Shown here one piece after another: positions 38,102 to 51,900 of a DNA stretch of 63,570 nt. Positions within the stretch are counted from its first letter, which is position 1, and every line of letters starts with the position of its first letter. Both the position numbers and the translations under genes were made by a program. Origin of the DNA: Octopus bimaculoides. Lineage: Eukaryota. The notes beneath the pieces are model-generated. The model was not told where the DNA came from and ran no database searches. It saw nothing but the letters and a program-made list of their open reading frames with translations. The stretch is taken from the NCBI RefSeq assembly GCF_001194135.2, contig NC_068996.1, positions 50,680,566 through 50,744,135 of the forward strand, written 5' to 3'.

Positions 38102-38622
38102 TAGATAAATATATTGATTGCGGAAGTATACCTATGTAATAATATAATATTCAGAAACTCATCTGTATGTTCACATACACACATTGAAAATAAAAGCAGA
38201 ATGCAAAGTGAAAGCCAATCTCTTTTAATTTGTTAAAAAAAAGAAAAAATAGAAATCGATATTTTGTTATTTTACAAGATAGAATATATCTGTGGCTGAG
38301 AATGTGTAACTATTATAGAGAATAGCCATAAAAGATATTTGTTTATTATAAATCTTAATTTATTGATTTCTGCTAATGCAACTACTTTATCAGCTGTCAT
38401 TGGCCCAATCTGTTTATATATATATATATAATTTTTTTAATGTAAATCTTTTCTCTCTCTAATAAGAGCAGTTGAGTGGATATAAATATTATAAATTCCT
38501 TTTGAAGTGCTTGCATTTTTTTTCTAGCATGACTGACAAAAACTAATGGAAAAATATTTCTCCCTCTCTCTCTCTCTCTCTCGCTATGTGTATATATGTG
38601 TGTGTGTGTATATGTATATGTG

Positions 38623-38671
<49 letters not shown>

Positions 38672-40320
38672 GTATTTATAATCTATCCTTCATTATGTTG
38701 TCAGTACTGAGAGTAGTATCATTCCATGGCATTTCCTTCTAGCAATTTGTTCTTTTTTTTTTCCTTTTTGTATCTGTGTGAAAATGCTTAATGTCTTTCA
38801 GCATTTGATATCAAGCATCTGTTTATTTGAATTCAATGGTTTCACCGTGACCTTCCATAAAATCGAGAGTGATAAGTGAATGGACTGGTTGGAGGGGTGA
38901 CAGTTATTCACATACATGCACACTGGCTATTCCGTGTTATTTTCCTGAGCTCGTTTTTGTTTAAATTATGAAGATGACCTGGGCTATAAATGTTTTTTTT
39001 TTTTTTGCATTCTCTTTTTATTTTTTGGTTACAGAAGATAATGGACAGTTGTCATGCTGATGTTTATTGAGTCAGAAACATGTGCCCATGACTGTCCAGC
39101 TGTCTTCTTATCTCCAGACAATAAGCATGTCCTTTTCCTGAATGGTATGTAAACTTTGGAGAATTCTTCAATATTGAGATTATCTCCCTTTCTCAAGAGG
39201 AACAGGTCTTAATTGGCATTTGGTAATTATGATACATCCTCCAGATCAGTGTTTCCCAACAATTTTTTTTTTTTATCTATGGGCCCCTTTGATCCCTATT
39301 TTACTTGGATGCAACCTTATAACCATTCAGTGTTTAAAGAATCTCATTTTTATAATTAATTATTTGGAATTTTATTTTAAAAAACTCAATATATTTTTGT
39401 AATGCAGAAGTAAAACAAATTTATTGCGCATAAATCTTAACTGCAAAAATTAACTTTAGCTCTCAATGACCTGATGAGAATCGGTTATCTAGAGGCAAGA
39501 AGAATTTTCAATAAATCAAGAATTTATGTTATATGGTATTTCATGTAGTTGTATTCAATTGTGCTGTGCCATTCAACAGATCCATACTTCATAAACTTTC
39601 ATCGGCACTTAATTTTCAAAAGAACCTGATTGTTTACATTGCTGAAAAATACTTCAAAGGAACAACACACTGCTCTTGGTTATTGTTAGCTGTCAGTAGT
39701 ACTGTATGCAAATCCTCCTGTTTTTGAAGAAGAATCAGTTTGACCTGGTTAATTTAACCAGATGAAACTTCAATACACCTGGGCAACAGCACAGTTGGAT
39801 TTTTTTTAAGTGACATATGATGGACTTTAGAGAAAGAAAATCTCCTTGCGAATATCGTGCTATAAAAAGGTATATCTAAAAGTATTTGTCCAAGATTAAA
39901 ATGAACATGCAGGTACAGGTGTGGCTGTGTAGTAAGAAGTGTGCTTCTTAAGGAGGCAAGCTAGCAGAGACGTTAGGACGCCGGGCGAAATACTTAGCGG
40001 TATTTCGTCTGCCGTTATGTTCTGAGTTCAAATTCCACCGAGGTCAACTTTACCTTTCATCTCTGGACTTTTTAACATAAAACACCAGGCAAGTACTGGA
40101 GTTGATGTAATTGGCTTGTTCCCTTCACTTAAAATTTGCTGGCCTTGTGCCCTGCAATGAACTGGCATCCTGTTTGGGTGAATGTTGTGATCTTGGTCAC
40201 TTACATGCTATGGAAACCAAGTAACTGGCTTTGTGAGTCCAAAGGCTCAAGAAAAGAAAAGAAAAAGACCTACTCACGAAAGAGTATAGTTTTGTGGATA
40301 TGGTTTTTTTTTATATATTA

Positions 40321-40570
40321 ACAATTCTATAAATAATAATAATTATATTTTATAAGCTTAAAGCTTATAAGCTATCACTGTGTATTAACTAAAGAAAATA
40401 GCCTAATATTGGGGCATATTGATGCAAAATGTGGGTTTTCTGTACAGAAAACCCACTTTTTTCTCCATTGAGGGCTTATATGCTCCAATATTAGACTATT
40501 TTCTTTAGTCAATATACAGTGATCACTTATAAGCTTTAAGCTTATAAAATATTATTATTTACAGAATTGT
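40321..40570. repeat. 250-bp imperfect palindrome (fold-back MITE)
   Basis: Arms acaattctataaataataat...tataagcttaaagcttataag...aaagaaaatagcctaatattgg and their reverse complement; perfect 26-bp central palindrome 40431-40456. Confidence 0.9.
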
Positions 40571-40883
40571 CACTCATCACCACTTCTCAAATCATTGCAG
40601 AAAACGCATATTAACAATACAATGTTATAATAAAATGTATATTACTCCATCTGGGCTGAGGCTAAATGTCTGAAACCAGTAGAATATTAGACTTTCTTCA
40701 TATTCTGCAGCGTGAGTCAGAATAACGATTTCCTCAGATGTTCAAATGACATCATGTTGGAAATTTTATGTCTCTTTCAACAACAACAAAAAAAAAAGAC
40801 CACAGTATCACACTTGCCAATTAAATCTTCATTGCATAAATTCATTTAGGAAGAATTTATTCTATAAAATAGTAACATCTGGT

Positions 40884-40918
<35 letters not shown>

Positions 40919-41054
40919 CCAAATTAAATTGGAACAATTTAAGTGATGGAAGATTGTCATCTTTGCAATCAACAATTATTGGGTACGTCTAGCTTTTATG
41001 ACCTTGGAATATTAATTTATTGGAATTGAAATCCATGAAATATTATTTTGAAGG

Positions 41055-41560
41055 TACAGGTATGGCTGTGTAGTTAAGCAGCTTGGTTTGCAACCGCATA
41101 GTTTCAGGTTCAGTCCCACTGTGTGGCATCTTGGGCAAATGTTGTCTACTATAGCCCTGGGTTGACCAATGTCTTGTGAGTGAATTTAGCAGATGAGAAC
41201 TGTCTGGAAGTCTGCAACACTTGTGTGTGTGTGTATATTGAATTTTATCATTTCAGTCATTAGACTGCAGCCATACTGGAGCACTGCCTTGAATTTTAGC
41301 TGAATGAACTGATCCCGGTACATATTTTTTAAAGCCTGGTACTTGTTCTATTATTCTTTTTGCTGAACTGGTTAAGTTATGAGGACATAAACACACCAAC
41401 ACTGGTTGTCAAGTGGTGGTGGTGCACGCACGCACGCATGCTCGCGCGCGTGCGATTAGCTTCTTTCAGTGCTTCTTTCGGTTTCCATCTACCAAATCAG
41501 TAGATGGAAATTTTGGTTGGCTTGGTGCTATAGTAGAAGACATTTGCCCAAGGGTTATGC
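41055..41560. mobile_element. Family-A SINE 5' half (+) followed by a family-A copy on -
   Basis: Head ggtacaggtatggctgtgtagttaag at ~41055; reverse-oriented body at ~41250-41555. Confidence 0.7.
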
Positions 41561-43305
41561 CTAGGGTTAAACGCAACTTGCCTTGTCAGCTTATTAGATT
41601 TCCATTGAAATCATACATTGATTTCATAAATGGTAAAAGAATAAAATTGTAAACAATATGGTTGGCTAATTCACAATTTTACAACCTAAAGACAGGAATA
41701 TATACATCCATAAAGTAACAAAGGGCACTAATCAGCATCAGTAATGCCAGAAATAAGAGTCAAAACAACTCAATAGCCACAGAAACACTATCTTAATGAC
41801 TGACAAGAGAGGCAAGCTCCTTACAGCTGCAGATATAGTCAGATCATTGATGATTTTGCATTTTGATGCTTAACACACCTTAATGCTCATCAGTGGCTCT
41901 CACCATGCCTAGGGTTAAACCCAGCTTGCCTTACCAGCTTATATGATTTCTGTTGAAATCATACACTGATTTCATAAACAGTAAAAATGAAAATTATAAT
42001 ATGTGTGGCTAATTCACAGTTTTACAACTTAGTGATGTATATATTTCTGCCTTTAGATTATAAAATTGCAAATTAGCCACACACNNNNNNNNNNNNNNNN
42101 NNNNNNNNNNNNNNNNNNNNNNNNNNNNNNNNNNNNNNNNNNNNNNNNNNTATGCAACAGAACAGCTCTAGGGTAATAGTGTTATCTTTATAACATACTT
42201 AATGTGTTGTTGAAAGCCAGAAGCTACAGTTCTCCAACTAAGAAAAATCTCATTACAGATGTTGCCCTACCCATGCATGCATGGAAAATGGATGGCAAAC
42301 GATGATGATACATAATGTGTTGAAACGAACTAGGTGAAATGAAATCATTGCAGAAGAGACTGAGAGAACAACAGATACATATTTAACCATTTTTTAGGCT
42401 TGTCAATGTCATATACTCTTTGTCACTGCCAAAACAAGATTGAATCAGCCAGTTTAGAGTTTACAGAGATAGTGTATAAACTATACACTGGCTTGCGTTG
42501 GTTCCAGAAAAGCAGAATAAAATTTGAATTATGCAATAGCAGCAGCTATATTTGTGTATGTGGGTGTCTGTGTGCATGTCTGTCTCCCCACTACTTGACA
42601 ATTGGTGTTGGTTTGTTTAAGTACCTGTTACTTAGCAGCTTGGCAAAAGAGACCAATGGAATAAGTACTAGACTTAACAAAGAAGTTCTGTGGTTGATTT
42701 ATTCAACTAAACTCTTTAATGTGGTGCTCCAGTATGACCACAGTCCAGTGACTGAAACAAGTAGAAAAAGAGATGCCATCAGTTGTTATTCAGCCCCAGA
42801 TCAGCTCTGAGTGAGTACACCTATGCTATAAGTATAGTATACCTTGGATTACATTGTTGAATATGTTGTTTTTTAGGAAGGTAGGGTGTGGTTGGAGGAA
42901 GGTTTGTGTGCTATTTGTAGTAGGTCAAGTGACCATATGAAGGCTCCCCTCATTGGTTTGTGAAATCATCTGTAAATTCAGATAGTGGCAAATATTTGTT
43001 TATGACTACAAGATTTCATTGGGACATAATTGATTCAATTTGCCTCGAGTTTGCTCAGATGGCATCATTGTTTGAAAGTATTTATTTTTTGAGTTCCATT
43101 GGTAATTTGCTCATCTTTTGTCATCGTCATCGATTTAACATCCACTTTTCTATGACTTGGATGGAGTTCATTGACCAGACTTCTCTATGGTTGCATGCCC
43201 TTCCTGTTGCCAACACTCACCTGTTTCCAGGCAAGTTAATATTTCCCCATGACCAAACATGTATGTCTTCATAGAATATTGTAAATGAATGATATTCATT
43301 TACAA

Positions 43306-43616
43306 CAGGGGTTCTCAACCATTTTTTATCTATGGACCCCCTTTGACTGCTATTTTATTCTGGTGGACCCTCGTAGCCATTCGATGCTTAAAAACTAATT
43401 TCATAGAATGTTATTTATTGTTTTCACACATTATTTTGTGTAGGTTGAACTGTGTAAAATATCAGAAAAAGAAATCTGTTTCTTGCAATACATACCAATA
43501 CATATGTCTAAAGCAAATTTTCTTTCAGCGGCCCTTAAAATATTGTGGGTTCCTAATTTACTATTTTGTTATATGGACCCCAAAAATCTGATGTAGACCC
43601 CGGTTGAGAACCACTG
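43306..43616. mobile_element. hAT MITE
   Basis: TIRs CAGGGGTTCTCAACC / GGTTGAGAACCACTG; perfect 8-bp TSD ATTTACAA. Confidence 0.9.
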
Positions 43617-45458
43617 ATTTACAACATCATTTGATGTCATGACAAAGAGACTCAATAAAACACACACATACACTCAACCACATATATTTAACATATATGC
43701 TACATGCATTTGCTGGTAGGCTTCTATTTGAAGTAGTGGGAAGAGCTTTCTCAAAGTGTTGGGTGTTAAAATCTGAAAATCATGGACAGGCAAGATAACT
43801 GACTTCCAATCCCATCTCCTAGGAGTATGTGTATATACATACATGATAGGCTTCTTTCAGTTTCTCCCTAATCCACTATCAAGGCTTTAGTTGGTCTGAG
43901 ACAATTATAGAAGACACTTGTCCAAGGTGCCATGCAGTGAGACTGAACCAGAAACCATGTACTTGCAAGACAAACATCTTAACCACACAGCCATACCTGC
44001 ATTTTCAGGAAACAAAATGCAAAGCATATTGAATTTCTTGATATACTTGGATTACAATATCATAACTGTGTCCAAAAGGCTTAGTCAATGTTCAGTCACC
44101 CAACATAATTCTAGGAACATACCGTTATCTACTTAAGCGTTGGAATCTGTGTAATATATCGTTTCAGAATGTTTATCAATAAATATTCTATAGATAGTGA
44201 AATATAATCATAGCTTGTTTGTTAATATTGATTAAAAGAAAGAAAAAAAATCAGATGTGCTCTAGGGCATCGGATTTGATTGTTACTCATTACTGAAGCA
44301 GAAATTAAGTTTACACTGGATAAAACGCAACTCGTTCTTTTATTACTTTATCTATGTGTTTTTTTTCTTTTATTTATACTGGCAATATTTATTTATTGAT
44401 TTTATATGAGAAGCACTAGAATTTAGAATATTACAAAAAATTTTTTTCTTCATTTCTGATTTAGCTCAGTTATAAAATTGTGTGTGAACAAGACAGAGAG
44501 AAATTATTTGGGAAGTTGAAATTTGAAGTAAAGCAATACCAAGTAGGTTTAGACAGTTCCTGTGCAAAGAAGGAATAATATTTTGGTAAAGATGTCATAT
44601 TTTCAAAACAAGAGTATTCTGAACCCATTCTTGATATATTTATCTAAGCAGCATTCACTGGGAAATGTATTTATTATTCAGTCAACTTGAAGGAACTACA
44701 CTCCCTTCACTCTCGTTTGAATCACAGCTATGTTGGAATGTGATCCCAACTTTCTTTCAGTTGTGATTGTGAAACTTATATGTATGTCACAAATCTTTTG
44801 AAGCTTGAAACTGGGAGGTTACAGGAACTTTTAATTGTTTGATATAACCCAAAAGGAAAAAAAATTAAAAAATAAGTCTTTTAACCCTTTAATATTCGGA
44901 TTATTTTTATCAAATATAAATACTTATTTATTCACATTGTTTTCAGTTTATCATGCATTATTTCATAGCTTACATATTCTGATGTGATTGTTTACTTTTA
45001 GAATGACATTGTAGAGTAAGTGTGATAGGCTGGATCTGGCTGATTTCAACATTAAAACAGGTAGAATATTTGGACCTGATATGGTCAGTTTAACACTTTA
45101 GCATTCAGATCACTCTATCAAATGTAATGCATGATTAATTGAAAACAATGTGAATAAGCATCATCTTGTAGCTCTGAGATTTAGATGATGTGATTGTTGA
45201 TTTTTAGAATGACATTGTAGGGTAGGTGTGAATGGCCTGATCTGGCTGGTTTGACCATAAAACAATATTTTGGCTGGATATGGCTGGTTTAAATGCTAAA
45301 GTGTTAAATCAATTAAATCACATAAAAAATGAGTTAAATCAATGACAGATAAGAAGAAAAAGCAGGGCTATCAATATATATTCATCAGTTAAATTTCATC
45401 CAGCAGCAATTCTTTTATCTTAATCACTAGATATCTTTTGCTCCTGCCATGGATTGCT

Positions 45459-45680
45459 TTAACCCTTTCGTTACCAACCCTGCTGAAACTGGCTCTGAGT
45501 ACAAATGTCTTATTTTCGTAAGTTTTGAATTGAAATCTGCCACCAAACCTGAGTCACAATTTATGTTCCTAACATTAGCTTAATGATAACTAAATTATTT
45601 TACTAAATTCTTTGTTATATCTAAAATAATTGAAAGAAACACAGAACATCTCAACAGAAATATGGTAATAAAAGAGTTAA
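45459..45680. mobile_element. piggyBac-like MITE, second family
   Basis: ttaaccctttcgttacc ... ggtaataaaagagttaa; relatives at ~48597-48811, ending ~34865 and ending ~53175. Confidence 0.65.
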
Positions 45681-47806
45681 CAAATGATTAATTTAACCCT
45701 TTTGATACAAACCCAGCTGAAACCACCGCTTCTGCTTGGAATTCAATATCTTTTATCCTACTGAGTATTGCAGAGTTTATCTATAGATTTTAGACATCTC
45801 TCTCTAATTGAAAGCTGTTTGTATCTTGTCTTTATATACAATATCTTTGTGGGTAGCAAGCTGGCAGAATTGTTAGCACACCAGGTGAAATGCTTAGCGT
45901 TTTGTCTATCCTTACCTTCTGAATTCAAATTCTGCCGAGATTGACTTTGCCTTACCTCCTTTCAGAGTTGATAAAATAAGTACCAGTGAAACAATGGGGT
46001 CGATGTAATCAATTTTAATACTCCAAGGTATGAGTGAAAAAGAAAAACTGCACCCCTCTGCCAAGCCATATTCAGCCAGCGAGGCAAAGTAGGATCATGA
46101 AAGTATAATGATCTCCAGGAGAAAACATCGTGAGGCCTTTGACCTGCAGTGGACTGAATATAAGCAATCCAATCTTTGTGAACAATAAAAGAGGAAGCAA
46201 CCTAACCAGTTTCATTGTGTGTTAGGATTTCATCTACAACCATTTATTCTGTTTAACTGTACACTGAGACATGTCTTATAAACCCAATATTTGCATGGGA
46301 CTAAGTAGATCAGATAGACTGATTTGCACTAGTAACTTTTGATTGGAACGAAGATATCCATGAAGACATTGTATATAAAAACACAACCTTATGGTCTCAA
46401 GTTCAGTCCCACTGCACAGCACCATGGTAAAGTGTCTTCTATTATAATCCCTGGTCAACTAAAGCCTTGTGAATGGATTTGGAGATGGAAACTGAAAGCA
46501 ATCTATCAAACATAATAATATGCATATATGTTTGTGCCTCCTCATCTTGGTATAGAATGATACTTGTAAACAAGTGTTACCACCATACAAGTAGTACCAC
46601 TTATGTCCATTCTTTCATACAAACATGGAGAAGTGGACATTAAAATGATAATACTACTACTGCTGTTGCTACTACTACTGCTGTTGCTACTACTACTATC
46701 ACCACATCAAAAGAATGTAAAAATGAGCAAATGGTTCAAAACTATTTGCATTGGTTCTCTTGCTAAACGTCAAATATAACAATCATTTGTTATCTTTTTA
46801 CTATTTTTTCAATCTGTGATCTGGTTTTAATTCCCTGCCGAAGTTTTTATACTTCATTTCACGTGAGTAGTGCTGCTGCTAACAAAAATAAACAATAAAA
46901 AAGTCCTTTCTTAATGCTTGAATAATCCTTTCTACTAAAGGCATAAGGCCTGAAATTTTGTGAGAGGGCACTAGTTGATTGGATTGACCTCAGTGTTACA
47001 CTGGTACTTAATTTATTGACCCTGAAAGTACAAAAGGCAAAGTTGACCTCGGTGGTATTTGAACTCAGAACATGAAGATGAACAAAACGCTGCTAATCAT
47101 TTTGCATGGTGTGCTACTGATTCTGCTAGCTCGCAGCCTTTTAAATGCTTGAATAATGATTCTCGTTATACAAGTAGCTGCAATGACATTCCTCTAAAGG
47201 GTCTACTTGACAGGGAGCATAAGCATGGACATAAGAGTATCTCTCCATATCGACTTGCTACTTTTCTGCATTGAGAGGTGACAATTCCATTACTATGGAC
47301 ATGTGATTTTTTTTCCTGTGATTTTCTAAGCACAAGATGGATTCTTTAAGCTGAGGAATTGGCAGGAGACCCAGTGGGTAGATCAAGAATGAGAGACAGT
47401 TGCATAATATCCATAGTCTTGATCACACTTGGGAATCCAGCCAGAAAGTGGCTGGATTCCCAAGAAGATGGTTGCTTCTGATGGGACTCTATGGAGCAGG
47501 TTCCTTAAGACTATATCCCTACAACCCTGCCAGGAATAGTGAAATAAAATGGATAAATAGATGGATTTACATTATCCTAATCTAACTTATTCAAATGGCA
47601 ATTTATTAAATCATCTTAACCTACCTGAAAAATAAATTCTGTACCGTTTTCGTAATATTTTCCATTAGTTACAGGACTGGTAGATTACTGATCTCAGTTC
47701 CTTTACTATCAGTTAGCTAGCTGACCTATTATAGGCTTTCCAGTTGTGACCATCCTGTTTTTTATTCTGGTATGTCTTTAGCACTACATTTTCAATTTTT
47801 TATTAA

Positions 47807-47843
<37 letters not shown>

Positions 47844-49635
47844 GTTATTATTATTATCTTAAGACATTAGGGTTTGGTTTGGAATTTGGTTGCTAATTCT
47901 TGCAAGTTGAACAACTGTATAGACTTCCACATTAGCTCATCATACCATTATATTCTTCATGGTGCCAAGGGGAGAAAATATGGTTAAAATACTAAAGTCA
48001 AGATTTCACATATGTTTTTCATTAATGAATAAAATGCTGCTAATATTCTGGCTGACATTTTTGTCATCAAAAATCAACAGTTAAGTTTGATGCAACCAAA
48101 CTATTCTTCACAGTCCTTTTCCCCACAGAACTTCTTACATCACTTTCCTTGGTGTAATAAAATAAAACGACAAAAACATTCCATACCCTTAGCTATACAA
48201 TCCCCTCACCTTTTTTGATGGGATGGGTGAGCATGATGGGTAAATGACGTCATTGAATTTGATTTTTGTCATAGAAAGAAGAGGAGGAGGAAACGTGGTT
48301 TGGTGGTCATATTGTGTTCTGGTGAGATGCAGTACTAGGGAAGTGCATACTGATTAGTCTATCTGCCTGTGCATTTGTTGGAGGTGGGATCTCAAGAAAG
48401 AGAAAAAAAGGAGTGTTAGGAAGTGAGAGAGAGGAATTTTTGTTGGGAAGTAAATGGTTACATCAGTCATTACTAAAATGAAAGATTGAAGGATATAATA
48501 TGGTGACAGTCAAAAGTTTATATTTTGTTGAGCTTTAAATAAATACCCTTGTGTATGGTTTGCAAGATCTAATTGTTCACAACTAAAATATTTCCTTAAA
48601 CCCCCTTGATACCAACCTGCCCTGAGTTCTGTGATATAAATTTAATGTTTGAAACTTATCTAAATTTAAACCTTCCTTCAAAACTTTCATGGTAATTTGT
48701 TACAAACACCAACTTATTGACAAAATAACTTTACTAAATTTTTCATTATTTTCAAAATGAATTGAAACAAAGACAAGTATTTCAACAGAAGTATGGTAAC
48801 AAAAGGGTTAATGAGGAACCCTAGTTTTCATAATGATTTGCTGAAAATAAGGAGTTGTTGTTAAGTAGTTTTATGATTTGGAGGTAGCTAGTAAAAAAAA
48901 AAAAAAAAAAAATTGATTTTGTTTCTTTCTGATTATGATTAGTTATATTTCACAGTTTAAAAGAGTCTGGAAAAATTTTAACATTGATCAATGGAAAGGG
49001 CTAAGCTGTTGTATCCCACTGACTTGGGGGTTTTGGGGAAAGGATTCCTGGTTGTAATTATTTTAAGCATCTTTAAAAAAATCAGGTTCATTGGAACAAG
49101 GGGAGCTGTTTCCCTTATTGCAATTTGTCAGTGCTAATGTGATGAATATGTTAGACGTTAAATATTTGATATGGTTAATTGATGTTTCATATTTAATATT
49201 GTTTGACATTATTACTATTTTTGTAATTTCCTAATTTCTCATTACGAGAAGAAAGCAAAGGTTTTTTTTTTTTTCCCCCCCTTTATCAAGAAGGAAGCAT
49301 GAATTAAATAGGGAGGCGTATCCAATATTTCTGGTGGACAGCTTGCAGTGGAAAAGAGAGAATGAAAAGAGATGAAGAGAGAGAGAGAGAGAGAGAGAAT
49401 TCACCATTAAGGATTAATTGTACACAGAGATTAGAGATGGGAAATTCATTAAGTCTCAAACTGATCCCTCCCCACCACTACACCTTCCTTCTCTTCTATC
49501 TTTGATCCTTCAATAAGCAGCGGCTAGCTTGCTTTTATTTTTATTTTTTAAAAAATTTTAATTTTATTTTTGAATCATCTAGTAGTACTTTAATTGTATC
49601 TTTTTAGATCTTTGAAATGTCAGTATCATTGAGTA

Positions 49636-49692
<57 letters not shown>

Positions 49693-50529
49693 GTAGCATT
49701 ATACACAAGTAACCAGACTAGTACATTTTTGTCTTGAGTTGGTTCATAACTAAGCAACTAAAGACAACCTAGTAACAACAATTAATCCACAACCAATAAG
49801 AGAATCGATGCATCTGGAAGCTGCTTTGTTTTATAGTCACTTTATTACCCTTTTGGAGTAAGCCTTTTGTCTAAATTTCTTCATTTGTTTGAATGCAGTT
49901 ATTAAAACGAACAATGAATGATATCAGCCTTTGTTCTCTTTTATTTGTTACAATGTATTATTGTCTCTCATTCGGCTCATCATATATTTAATTAAGATTA
50001 TGCGAAAGTACTGGTTTTGATTTTGAGATGTGGTTTATTCAGCGAGACAAATTTCTTTTTCATTACACACAAACACTCTCTCTCTCACATCACAGATTAT
50101 TTTGGTGTTAGATATAATTGTCTATGGCTAAATTATTCATATAGTATCATAAGAAACTAAATGTTTACTGCTGATTTAATTAGTAAATTTTTTAATAAGA
50201 TATTTCTAATATTAGACAGATGGAATTTTTAACCATTTTATTAAAATGGTAGTGTTCAGGGCCTTTGTTTCACTGGTGTAAATCATCACTGGTGGTATGT
50301 ACTTGTTGAAAATCTTTTAATTTTCATGAAGGCCTTGGGGTTTCTCATATGAGGTTTTCCACCTTCCCAAAGGCTACCCAACCAACCACTCTTTGGCTCT
50401 TGACCTCTGGGAGGAGATTTCTGTCTTTTGTCACCATTTTTCCCCCAAGTAAACATAGCTCTCATTGTAGCCCAATGGAAAATGGAATGTATTGTGCTCA
50501 GTATCACATTGTAGGATAAAGAAACCAAT

Positions 50530-50780
50530 GCTTGGACTTGTACTGTGTACGAGTCAATGACATCATGAGAGCCATCAAGGAAAACAAATATAGATGGGCT
50601 GGCCATGTCATCTGATTGAAGGACAACAGCTGGACAATCAAAGTGATAGTGGACACTAGGACAATGAACAAGATCAAGAGACTGACCAAAGACAAAATGG
50701 TGAGATGATCTCACCTGCTGCCTGGAACCTACATTGGCCATGACTGGCCAAAGAGACACAGCTGTGGAAGGAGCTCAGAA
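50530..50780 (+). mobile_element. RTE LINE 3' ORF relic
   Basis: TRVNDIMRAIKENKYRWAGHVI*LKDNSWTIKVI matches the RTE C-terminal RWAGHV.R..D.RW motif. Confidence 0.7.
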
Positions 50781-51474
50781 AGGGGTTCCTTTTCCAGGAG
50801 ATGGAGAAATGGAAATTAAACTGATTCTAAATGTTATTCTAAATGTTAGAGTTTTCTCTTTGGTGTCTGAGTAATTTTCCTAAACAACTTTTGAATATTG
50901 GGATTATCAATTATTTTTCTTTTAAATCTATTAGAACGAATGCCCTTCATAATATGTCTGAATGAAACTTTTCATAAATTATCTCAGAAAACCAGTACTT
51001 CTAGTTAAATGTATTAAAAAAAGAGGGAGAAAAATAACTAATAGAAAATTGATATTTTGTTTTGGGTTAAATAATACTTGGAGGACTTTGTGAAAATTAT
51101 TTTGTGAGAATGTTTGAAACTCTAACAAATATAACTGATCTTTCCTTGTTTTGGTAGCTTTTGCCACACAAATGATTAATACAATGGAGTTTTTATTCTA
51201 TTTTATTATTTAAAAATTATTTTTTTTATTACTAATGTTCTAATATAAACATGGTATTGTCATTGGGTTGTAAATTTAAATTATTCTGCAGCCTAGTTTA
51301 TGACAATTGTATTCCTTGTTCTTGTTGCTTAACCCAAGGTCAGCTCTGATTGAGTAGGCTTATGTTAAAAGGCATTCCAGTCATGACATCCTGTCTTATT
51401 TTTGTATTACATTATCCTATATGACCTTTCTGCTTTAAGGTGATAAGATGGAATCTCTATTACTATATTTAGGC

Positions 51475-51900
51475 ACAGGTGCGGTTTTGTGGTTAAGAAG
51501 TTTATTTCTCAACTACAACATCTTGGGCAAATGTCTTCTACTATAAGCCTGGGCCAGTCAAAGGCTTGTGAGTAGATTTGGTTAGCAGAAACTGAAGGTG
51601 GCGAGCTGGCAGAAACGTTAGCACGCTGGACGAAATGCTTAGCAGTATTTTGTCTGCCATTATGTTCTGAGTTCAAATTCCGCTGAGGTCGACTTTGCCT
51701 TTCATCCTTTCTGGGTCAATAAATTAAGTACCAGTTTGCTCCGGGGTCGATGTAATCGACTTAATCCCATTGTCTGTCCTTGTTTGTCCCCTCTGTGTGT
51801 AGCCCCTTGTGGGCAATAAAGAAATAGGAAACTGTGTGGAAGCCTGTCTGTCATATACATACATATATATGTGTGTGTGTGTGTGTGTGTTTCCTTGTTT
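51475..51900 (+). mobile_element. Family-A SINE interrupted by a family-B SINE (~51598-51828)
   Basis: The family-A sequence stops at gaaactgaa and resumes at gaaactgtgtggaagcctg. Confidence 0.75.

Noticed and set aside
41780-41905. Possible minus-strand hammerhead (CTGATGAG...)
   Set aside because: GAAA is replaced by AAAA, and there is no compatible stem III/NUH or stem I partner.
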